A stretch of DNA of 64,000 nt from Bacteroides sp. (GTDB lineage: Bacteria > Bacteroidota > Bacteroidia > Bacteroidales > Muribaculaceae), in the NCBI GenBank assembly GCA_014801815.1, contig JAAVDM010000019.1:23223-87222 (forward strand), written 5' to 3'. Position 1 is the stretch's first letter. Each line of letters starts with the position of its first letter. Both the position numbers and the translations under genes were made by a program. This document shows, one piece after another, positions 56,777 to 64,000 of this stretch. The notes beneath the pieces are model-generated. The model did no database searches and had not been told where the DNA came from. It was given only the letters and a program-made list of their open reading frames with translations.

Positions 56777-57684
56777 GCAGTGTTGCAGGCAGCAATCGTC
56801 CCCACATCGAAATAGACCCCGGTTCGGGATTCTGTTTCGGTGTGGTTACGGCTATACGCAAAGCCGAGGAGGAACTTGCCCATTCGGGCACTCTGTATTG
56901 TCTTGGCGATATAGTTCATAACGCCGTTGAGGTTGACCGTCTGGGTCGTAAAGGCCTACAGACCATCACCCACGATGGACTGAAAGAACTGCATGATGTC
57001 AAGGTGCTTCTGCGTGCTCACGGAGAACCTCCGACCACCTACGCTCTTGCCGCCCGTAACGGTATCGACATAATTGACGCTACTTGTCCGGTTGTGTTGC
57101 AGTTGCAACGGCGCATCAAACAGTCGTATGCTGCCGGTGTGGCACGCAGGTGTGCCGGTGGCCGCGAACCGCTCATAGTGATTTACGGCAAGGTCGGTCA
57201 TGCCGAAGTCAACGGTTTGGTCGGTCAGACCGACGGGAATGCTGTCGTGATACAGGACGAGAGCGAACTTGACAAGATAGATTTCAGCCGTGACATAGTA
57301 CTCTATTCTCAGACTACAAAATCGCTGTCGGGCTTCCGTCATATAGTACAACTTATAGGAGAGCGTAAGAAAGAAGGACATTTCGAGTATTACGATACTA
57401 TCTGCCGTCAGGTAGCCAACCGTATGGAACACATACGTGAGTTTGCCGCCGCTCATGATGTAGTGTTGTTTGTGAGCGGTGCCAAAAGTTCTAACGGTAA
57501 GGTACTGTTTGCCGCTTGTCAGGAAGTGAACCCGCGTACATATATGGTAAGTGATGAGACGCACATTGACCCGGTTTGGGTAGATGGTGCCGCTACTGTA
57601 GGTATCACAGGTGCCACGTCAACACCACGCTGGCTGATGCAGCGTGTGGCTGAAAGTCTGCAAGGCGAGGAGGAGACGCTATGA
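56773..57684 (+). CDS. ispH: 4-hydroxy-3-methylbut-2-enyl diphosphate reductase
   Basis: GFCFGV, IVHN, RAHG, DATCP, SQTT, DTIC, SSN, GATSTP. Confidence 0.96.
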   Translation: MSSVAGSNRPHIEIDPGSGFCFGVVTAIRKAEEELAHSGTLYCLGDIVHNAVEVDRLGRKGLQTITHDGLKELHDVKVLLRAHGEPPTTYALAARNGIDIIDATCPVVLQLQRRIKQSYAAGVARRCAGGREPLIVIYGKVGHAEVNGLVGQTDGNAVVIQDESELDKIDFSRDIVLYSQTTKSLSGFRHIVQLIGERKKEGHFEYYDTICRQVANRMEHIREFAAAHDVVLFVSGAKSSNGKVLFAACQEVNPRTYMVSDETHIDPVWVDGAATVGITGATSTPRWLMQRVAESLQGEEETL

Positions 57685-58142
57685 TAGGAGAGAGTCCCGG
57701 GCAGCGGGACGAACGTCTGATGCGTGAAGCGTTGGCTGAGGCTCGGCGTGCCGGCGAGGCCGGTGAGGTACCTGTCGGAGCTGTCATAGCTCTTGACGGG
57801 CGCGTTATAGCGCGTGGCCATAATCTCACCGAAACTCTGTGTGATGTTACTGCCCATGCCGAGATGATGGCCATAACGGCTGCCGCTTCATATCTTGGCG
57901 GTAAGTATCTGCCTCAGTGTACTCTTTACGTTACGGTCGAACCTTGTGCCATGTGTGCCGGCGCTTTGGGGTGGAGTCAGATAGGACGTATAGTTTACGG
58001 TACCGCTGACCCGCGTCGCGGTTTCAGACGTATGTGTGCGCCGGGCGAAACACCGTTACATCCACGTACCGAAGTGTGCGAAGGTATATTGGCTGATGAA
58101 TGTCGCGCTCTGATGCAGTCGTTCTTCAGACGTCGGCGCTGA
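57681..58142 (+). CDS. tadA: tRNA adenosine deaminase (nucleoside deaminase family)
   Basis: GEVPVGAV, TAHAEM, LYVTVEPCAMCAGA. Confidence 0.88.
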   Translation: MIGESPGQRDERLMREALAEARRAGEAGEVPVGAVIALDGRVIARGHNLTETLCDVTAHAEMMAITAAASYLGGKYLPQCTLYVTVEPCAMCAGALGWSQIGRIVYGTADPRRGFRRMCAPGETPLHPRTEVCEGILADECRALMQSFFRRRR

Positions 58143-58191
58143 GAAAGCCGTATAACTTAGTTTTGGAATCAGAAATCCGAAATATAAAAAT

Positions 58192-58806
58192 ATGTTTTCA
58201 GGAATTGTAGAGGAAGCCGCCCCCGTGGTGGCTGTGGTTGCCGATCAGGGCAATATTCATATAACATTGCGCTGTTCATTTGTCGATGAACTGCGTATTG
58301 ATCAGAGTGTTTCACATAATGGCGTATGCCTTACGGTAGTGTCGCTTCCCGGTGACGGCACTTATACTGTGACTGCTATACGTGAAACATTGGAACGTAG
58401 CAATCTCGGCGATCTGAAGCCGGGTTCGCTTGTCAATCTGGAGCGTTCGATGAAGATAGACGGACGTCTTGACGGACACATAGTGCAGGGTCATGTCGAC
58501 ACTACGGCTGTCTGCACCGGTGTTGAAGAAGCAGACGGCAGTTGGTACTATTCTTTCAAATATGATATTGACCCTGCTATGGTGCGCAAGGGTTATGTGA
58601 CTGTGGAAAAGGGTTCGGTGTGTGTCAACGGTGTGAGTCTGACAGTCTGCGATTCGGAGCGTGATTCATTCCGTGTCGCTATAATACCCTATACCCATGA
58701 ACATACCAACTTCAATCAGATAGAGAAAGGCACACGTGTCAATCTTGAATTTGACATAGTAGGAAAGTATATAGCCCGTATGACCGAGCTGCTGCCTCAG
58801 GCCTGA
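58192..58806 (+). CDS. ribE: Riboflavin synthase (alpha chain)
   Basis: MFSGIVE, NGVCLTV, VNLERS, GHIVQGHVD, NGVSLTV, VNLEFD. Confidence 0.96.
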   Translation: MFSGIVEEAAPVVAVVADQGNIHITLRCSFVDELRIDQSVSHNGVCLTVVSLPGDGTYTVTAIRETLERSNLGDLKPGSLVNLERSMKIDGRLDGHIVQGHVDTTAVCTGVEEADGSWYYSFKYDIDPAMVRKGYVTVEKGSVCVNGVSLTVCDSERDSFRVAIIPYTHEHTNFNQIEKGTRVNLEFDIVGKYIARMTELLPQA

Positions 58807-58813
58807 CTATCGT

Positions 58814-58880
58814 AGATATTGATATTCAAATCCCTCCGTATCTCTGCCAGAGATACGGAGGGATTTGAATATCAATATCT
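58814..58880. terminator. Perfect palindrome (33-bp arms, 1-nt centre), probable bidirectional terminator
   Basis: AGATATTGATATTCAAATCCCTCCGTATCTCTG-C-CAGAGATACGGAGGGATTTGAATATCAATATCT between convergent genes. Confidence 0.75.
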
Positions 58881-58917
58881 TTCAGTCGGATTGTGTGTAC
58901 ACTTGAAAATGTAGAAA

Positions 58918-59754
58918 TTATTTCTTCTTGCCGCCGAGCAGGTTCTTAAGAGCATTGATGCCCTGTGAGGTGGCATTTTCGGCCGGTTGTTCTTCTTCGA
59001 CTACTACAGTTTCTGTTTCTTCAGTTTCAGTTATGGCTGACTTGTCGCCACCGAGCACATTGTTGAGAAGGCCGCCGAGACCGGAAGCGGAGGACGATGA
59101 AGAAGAGGAAGAAGAAGTGCTACTTCCGGTTTGGTTCATCTTAAAGCCGATACATGCACCGTCGTAGCTGTCAAGAATACCGGCAGCTGTTTTGGCGAGG
59201 CTCATACCTGAGAAATTAGCGATAGCCGATATTAAGGTTTTGAGTTTGGAAGCATCAAACATCAGCTCTAGTGAACTTCCGGATTTCTCGATGTAAGCAT
59301 TTATATTGCCTAACTTGATTTTTCCGAATGCCTGGAAGTTGAAGACAAAGTTACCGTTGTCACCTCCCTCCGTTATTGTGCCGGTAAGTTTTAGCTTCTT
59401 GACCGTCATCGTGAATTTGCCGTCCTGTTCTATCTGCAACGTCATGTTGTTGAGGCCATACTGCTCGTAGTAGGGGGTCAGTTTGCTTTCGATAGCTGCT
59501 GCACCTGCTATGCCACCGGCTTTCTGAAGCAGGTTGTCACTCTTGAAGCTGATAGCCGGTCCTGAAGCCTGATATTCTCCGGCTATATCAGCTATAGTGA
59601 AGTTGGTATTTGAGAATATGCCTGAAAGCACATTACTTATTGTTGAGCCGGTGTTACCTCCGCCTAAAATATCGGAGAGACTCTGTGCGCTTGCCGGAAC
59701 TGTTGCTGAGAGGCAGGCAGCCGCAAACAAGGCGGCGGTAAGGATTCTTTTCAT
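58918..59754 (-). CDS. DUF4923-like secreted protein with Ser-rich linker
   Basis: Signal peptide from ATG 59754; PAISFKSDNLLQKAGG; FDASKL; YDGACIGF. Confidence 0.75.
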   Translation of the reverse strand: MKRILTAALFAAACLSATVPASAQSLSDILGGGNTGSTISNVLSGIFSNTNFTIADIAGEYQASGPAISFKSDNLLQKAGGIAGAAAIESKLTPYYEQYGLNNMTLQIEQDGKFTMTVKKLKLTGTITEGGDNGNFVFNFQAFGKIKLGNINAYIEKSGSSLELMFDASKLKTLISAIANFSGMSLAKTAAGILDSYDGACIGFKMNQTGSSTSSSSSSSSSASGLGGLLNNVLGGDKSAITETEETETVVVEEEQPAENATSQGINALKNLLGGKKK

Positions 59755-60119
59755 AACAGATACTTTTTTTAAGTCTTTTTCACTATAACAATTCAAAAAT
59801 CTTTATGTTGTATTATATCAATATGTTTTTATTCACGTCTCTATCATAACAGCGTTAAAAGAGGCTTCCTAAAAAGGTAAAAAAGGCGTATGATCCACTC
59901 TATATAGGTAAAAATAGCTTGTTTTATTGGTCAAATAGACGCTTTTGTGTTGAGTTAGGAGTAAGTCAATTATGTGTTAAATAATTATTACTAATTTTGT
60001 ATAACCCAAAGTAATGACATAACTTTCAGGCGACAATCTGACCCATACACCGAAAAAATCTGTATTGTGCAGATGTTAATTTTTTTCGTAATATTCCTTA
60101 CCAACATAACATTATTAAA

Positions 60120-60689
60120 ATGAGATTTAAAACTTACATCATACTGCTGACAACATGTGCAATGCTGTCAGCATGTGTGAGTGAAGACCCGTGGAAATCC
60201 GGCTCCCGACAGGCAAAGGGTAGCATAGATTTGCTGCTTACCGCCTCCGGTGAGCTTACTACGGGTACACGTGCGCAGACTATCGAAATTGATGTGCCTG
60301 ATGCCGAAGATTTTGGCATACACCTGACTCAGACCAGCGGAGGAGATTTCGACAAGATATGGAATACTTTTGAGGCTTTCCGCGTGGATAATGAGGAAGG
60401 TTTTCCGGTTGGCACCTATGACCTTGAGGCATTCTACGGGACACCCGATGATCAGGGTCTTGACTCACCTTATTTCACCGGACATACTGAAATTACGATT
60501 ACAGAGGCCACACAGACCAGTGTCGAACTTTGTGCTTCTCTCGGTAACGGTATCGTACGTGTGACATACGGTGACGGGTTCAAGAAATACTTTACTTCGT
60601 GGAGTACTGAGTTACAGACCGAGGGGCATCCCGCCGTTGAAATCGGTATGACAGAAGGTGAGATGGTGTACGTTCAAGGTCTCGGATAA
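60120..60689 (+). CDS. DUF4493-like lipoprotein, possibly 3'-truncated
   Basis: Lipobox LSAC; GTR|A site; PVGTYDLEAFYG...PYFTG; ends abruptly at 189 aa. Confidence 0.6.
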   Translation: MRFKTYIILLTTCAMLSACVSEDPWKSGSRQAKGSIDLLLTASGELTTGTRAQTIEIDVPDAEDFGIHLTQTSGGDFDKIWNTFEAFRVDNEEGFPVGTYDLEAFYGTPDDQGLDSPYFTGHTEITITEATQTSVELCASLGNGIVRVTYGDGFKKYFTSWSTELQTEGHPAVEIGMTEGEMVYVQGLG

Positions 60690-60788
60690 TAATACCATAT
60701 CTTTTTATGGGTTCGTGACAGAGTAGAAAATTAAGATATGTGTTTGGTAGTAATCATAAAATTTTTTACTAATTTTGTTTCCTTAAAT

Positions 60789-60880
60789 TAGAGAGTGTCT
60801 GAATGAAAAGATTTAATTTGAGAGCCTTGTACTTTTAATTCGTACTTTATATTTCGTGTTAAATCCGGATCACTCTCTTA
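60789..60880. repeat. MITE-like repeat family B, copy 1 (internally deleted)
   Basis: TAGAGAGTGTCTGAAT...ATCCGGATCACTCTCTTA ends; similar to 62284-62401. Confidence 0.7.
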
Positions 60881-60929
60881 ATCTTAAGATAGCCCGTTTT
60901 CATAATACTTTACAAATTAAAATAACTAA

Positions 60930-62150
60930 ATGAAAAAACATTTTTTAAGTCTGATGACTGTGTTTGCAGGTTTTTCCATGCTGACTTCCTGCAGTGATAA
61001 AGATGACACAAAGTATCCGGTACCTGAGGCTGCTACCTTTACCGAGACAAGCGGTCTTAATCTTACAGTAGACGGTGCGGCGATGCCTGGAAAGACTGTT
61101 AAGTTTGAGCCTCTGTCAGACGGCTCAAAGGGTACACTTACAATGTCGAGTACCTTTGATCTGACGGCTATTCCCGGCTATCAGGACGGTATGATTAAGG
61201 GTAATCTTGTGCAGGCTCCCGGTGTGCTTCCCGGCTCGCCTGTAACAGCCATAACAGTTGATCTTGACTATAATGGCAGTGTGTATTCTTTCTCAGGTGC
61301 AGATGAGACTGAATATTGTACATTCTCATATTCCGGTACTCTTGAAGGTGAGAATCTTAATCTTGCTATCAATGATGTCAAACTTAAGAATACTACGTTT
61401 GCCGGTACGACATGGAATCTTGCTGAGATGGATCCGGAGAATCCCGATGCTCTCAATGGGCCGATTCGTATAGTATGGGAACCCTACGACCTTGAAAATC
61501 CGGATAACGGTGCTTCTGTAGATGTCGGCTTTATGAAGATGCCGCTCCAGACTATCATGCAGCTGATGACAGTGATACCTATGATTGCCAATCCTGCAGA
61601 TCCTGAAGGCTCTCAGTTGACTGTCAGCGAGATGCTGAATTATGTACTCAAGAGTATCACTTTTATGGAGGATGGTAATATTGTGGCAGAATATCGTGAT
61701 ATGAATAAAGGCCAGTCTGTAACGACCTCTCCTGTAAATCTGGTACAGTATGTTGTTAAAGGCAATGGTGAGCTGCTTATTTTCCTCAACCCCCAGGCAA
61801 TAGCTATAGCTGACAAGACAAGAGCTTTGGATATTAATTCTCTTCTTGCTACCGTGATGGTTCAGGTGCTTCCGATGCTTGCTAATGGTGTGCCTATGGC
61901 TTATCAGACTGAGGGTGATAATCTCAGCCTTTATCTGAATACTCCTGTACTGCTTCCTCTGCTTAAGAACACGCTGACTCCGCTGCTTCAGGATCAGGAA
62001 ACAATAGATATGCTTGTTGCCCTGATGTCAGCTAACGAGGATATGGCTATGTATCTCCCTATGATTCAGGCTGCCCTTCCTTCTCTGCCGGAAGCTCTTG
62101 AGAAGACTACCGAGGTTGAGATAGGAATAAACCTTGTTAAGAAATCCTGA
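60930..62150 (+). CDS. DUF4925-like lipoprotein
   Basis: Lipobox LTSC; PGVLPG; ITFMEDGNIVAEY; SPVNLVQY; terminal EIGINL. Confidence 0.72.
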   Translation: MKKHFLSLMTVFAGFSMLTSCSDKDDTKYPVPEAATFTETSGLNLTVDGAAMPGKTVKFEPLSDGSKGTLTMSSTFDLTAIPGYQDGMIKGNLVQAPGVLPGSPVTAITVDLDYNGSVYSFSGADETEYCTFSYSGTLEGENLNLAINDVKLKNTTFAGTTWNLAEMDPENPDALNGPIRIVWEPYDLENPDNGASVDVGFMKMPLQTIMQLMTVIPMIANPADPEGSQLTVSEMLNYVLKSITFMEDGNIVAEYRDMNKGQSVTTSPVNLVQYVVKGNGELLIFLNPQAIAIADKTRALDINSLLATVMVQVLPMLANGVPMAYQTEGDNLSLYLNTPVLLPLLKNTLTPLLQDQETIDMLVALMSANEDMAMYLPMIQAALPSLPEALEKTTEVEIGINLVKKS

Positions 62151-62232
62151 TATTAGAATATATATAATATAATAAGGAGGTGCATACAGTGTCTTACTTG
62201 ACAAAGACTTATGTAGCTCTGACTTGATTATG

Positions 62233-62272
62233 GAAAGAGTCCGGTAAACCGCCGGACTCTTTCTACCTTTTT
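62233..62272 (+). terminator. Rho-independent terminator
   Basis: GAAAGAGTCCGG-TAAACCG-CCGGACTCTTTC followed by a T-rich tract. Confidence 0.7.
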
Positions 62273-62283
62273 AGGCTGATTTT

Positions 62284-62401
62284 TAGAGAGTGTCTGAATT
62301 TAATTTTCATTCCCTTGAAGATTTTTCTTCATGTGAATGAAAAGATTTAATTTGAGGGCCTCATACTTTTATTTCATGTTAAATCCGGACCTACTCTTTT
62401 A
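62284..62401. repeat. MITE-like repeat family B, copy 2
   Basis: TAGAGAGTGTCTGAAT...TGAATGAAAAGATTTAATTTGAG...GTTAAATCCGGA...CTCTTTTA. Confidence 0.7.
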
Positions 62402-62460
62402 GACTTAGGTGAATTATCAAAAGTGTATTCTATTGAAGATTTTATTGTAACTTTGCAGAC

Positions 62461-63264
62461 ATGAATCGATTTTTTGTGCTTCTGGCCTTTATTTGTACCG
62501 TGTTGCAGATACACGGTCAGTACACCGGACCGCAGGAGGTGGCCCGGCAACTCTCCGCAGCCGATTCGGTGGCCATATCATCGTCCGGTCATGTAGAGGA
62601 GTTCAGCCGTGAATTGGAGTCGGTGGTTTTCGTACCTAAAGGTCAATGGATCACCGGTGTGTCGGTTTCCTACTCTCAGAGTAATCAAAATAAGTATCAA
62701 TTCCTTATCTTGGAAGGTCTTTCGGGTGATACTTATACCTTTAAGCTGTCGCCTATGCTGATGTTTGCAGTTGCCAACGATCTTGCTCTCGGTGGACGCT
62801 TCTCTTACAGCCGTTCTCTGGCCAAGCTTGAAAATGCCGACATTACGCTTGATCCTGAAACAGGGTATAATGTTGACCATCTCTACCGCCTCTCACATAA
62901 CTACTACGGCACGGTGATGATGCGCAATTATTTCTCTTTGGGACGCTCGAAACGCTTCGGTTTTTTCAATGAACTGCAGTTACAGTTAGGAGGTGGTCAG
63001 GCAAAGATGACTACCGGTACAGGCGAGACACTATCAGGTGATTACGAGCGTAATTTCAGTGCTTCGATAGGTCTGACACCGGGTATATGCGCATTCCTCA
63101 ACAATTATTCGGCCGTTGAGGTAAATATAGGTGTACTCGGATTTCAGTACACACATACCCGTACCTTGACTGACCAGATATACGAATCGACACGTTCCTC
63201 AAAACTTGCTAATTTCCGTATTAATCTTTTCTCCATACAGTTTGGAGTCTCATTCTATCTGTAA
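62461..63264 (+). CDS. Outer-membrane beta-barrel protein, unknown function
   Basis: Signal peptide; FVPKGQW; alternating beta pattern; terminal aromatic strand IQFGVSFYL. Confidence 0.8.
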   Translation: MNRFFVLLAFICTVLQIHGQYTGPQEVARQLSAADSVAISSSGHVEEFSRELESVVFVPKGQWITGVSVSYSQSNQNKYQFLILEGLSGDTYTFKLSPMLMFAVANDLALGGRFSYSRSLAKLENADITLDPETGYNVDHLYRLSHNYYGTVMMRNYFSLGRSKRFGFFNELQLQLGGGQAKMTTGTGETLSGDYERNFSASIGLTPGICAFLNNYSAVEVNIGVLGFQYTHTRTLTDQIYESTRSSKLANFRINLFSIQFGVSFYL

Positions 63265-63269
63265 CCGTT

Positions 63270-64000
63270 ATGGCAAAGACATATAATCGCTATTGTGTGT
63301 TGATATGGCTCTCGCTCATAGCGGGCAGCCTGCTTATCCCTTTTGCCGCTCATGCCCGGCAGCCACAGGACTCCATCTCAGGTGGCGGACGTTACGTCTG
63401 GGTGCCTGACTCTATGGCCGGACGTGTGGCTGAGGTACTGATGCCTGATTCGGCACGTCTTGTGGCTCAATTGTCAGAACGTGTCGTGTATCGTGGCGAT
63501 ACAATTCCGACTGTGCTGAAGTCGCGTAATATCGGCCGCTTTGACCGTGGTCTTCTGAATTATCTCTATATACCGCGCGGTCAGTGGTCCTTCGGTATAA
63601 CTGCTTCATACGGCGAGATATCGACTGACGACATGGAGATTTTCGATCTTCTCAGTGACATTGATATAAGCGGTCACTTGTTTTCAATCAATCCTTACAT
63701 AGCTTATTTCGTGCGTGACAATCTTTCGGTAGGTCTTAAGTTCGGATATAGCTCGACTAAAGGACGCATTGATTCATTCAAGGTTGATATTGATGAGGAT
63801 ATGAATTTTGATCTTCATGATATAATGTACCGCAACGAAAGTTACTCGGCTGCTCTGACCCTAAGGCAATATTTCGGTCTGACACGTCGCGGCCGTTTCG
63901 GTGTGTTCAATGAAGTGGATTTGGCCTTTGCTTCGGGTAATGGTGACTTTGTACGGCCGTACAACGGAGTGCTTCGTACCACACATACCACAACCATGCA
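63270..64000 (+). CDS. Paralogous outer-membrane beta-barrel protein (partial, runs off the window end)
   Basis: Hand translation from ATG 63270: signal peptide, YIPRGQWSFGITASY, RQYFGL..RFGVFNE, matching motifs of 62461-63264. Confidence 0.78.
   Translation, partial: MAKTYNRYCVLIWLSLIAGSLLIPFAAHARQPQDSISGGGRYVWVPDSMAGRVAEVLMPDSARLVAQLSERVVYRGDTIPTVLKSRNIGRFDRGLLNYLYIPRGQWSFGITASYGEISTDDMEIFDLLSDIDISGHLFSINPYIAYFVRDNLSVGLKFGYSSTKGRIDSFKVDIDEDMNFDLHDIMYRNESYSAALTLRQYFGLTRRGRFGVFNEVDLAFASGNGDFVRPYNGVLRTTHTTTM

Noticed and set aside
58143-58191. FMN riboswitch upstream of riboflavin synthase
   Set aside because: The intergenic gap is only 49 bp and has no RFN motif.
59088-59120. GAA/GAG-rich tract as a contingency repeat
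   Set aside because: Imperfect, in-frame poly-Ser linker with mixed codons; not a slippage switch.
324-63609. Numerous overlapping antisense or alternate-frame ORFs in the track (e.g. 1424-2086 +, 5752-6552 +, 27714-28934 -, 54785-55597 -)
   Set aside because: They shadow well-supported genes on the other strand or frame and show no recognisable motifs.
1-64000. tRNA, rRNA, CRISPR arrays, intact integrase or transposase
   Set aside because: None recognised by eye; small structured RNAs cannot be excluded without a covariance-model search.

Overview
Bacteroidales chromosomal window. TAnnTTTG promoters and the gene families point to a gut Bacteroidales, plausibly Muribaculaceae (inference). 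Bases 1-19.3 kb hold two paralogous type V (Fim/Mfa) pilus operons arranged head-to-head. Each runs DUF3575-like barrel, DUF3868/OmpA-like protein, Mfa1-like major pilin, Mfa2/FimB anchor, then tip pilins. Between them is an AT-rich spacer bounded by 56-bp inverted repeats (51/56 identical), with a canonical promoter just inside the left repeat facing left; this is a candidate invertible either/or pilus switch. Next come a decayed MNT(-HEPN) toxin-antitoxin remnant, rplS, a ROK/GH29/CutC/transglutaminase cluster, gpmI, a 5'-nucleotidase, a GH3, an AT-rich LuxR/outer-membrane-barrel islet, radC, a GT2, efp, rpmH, dnaB, menA and an ADP-ribosylglycohydrolase. The most striking locus is an AT-rich six-gene operon at 42.9-51.7 kb: vWA-like lipoprotein, small membrane protein, tubulin/FtsZ-like GTPase, 1058-aa actin/Hsp70-fold ATPase, and a ZorA/ZorB-like (MotAB-type) motor pair. 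It has no recognisable ZorC/D/E effector and is bracketed by the inverted ends of a MITE-like repeat family. It is followed by an ABC-ATPase/TOPRIM (DUF4435-like) gene, glgB, cmk, ispH, tadA, riboflavin synthase and several lipoprotein/barrel genes. No rRNA, tRNA, CRISPR array, intact transposase or recombinase was seen. All family calls are from motif recognition by eye, not database searches.
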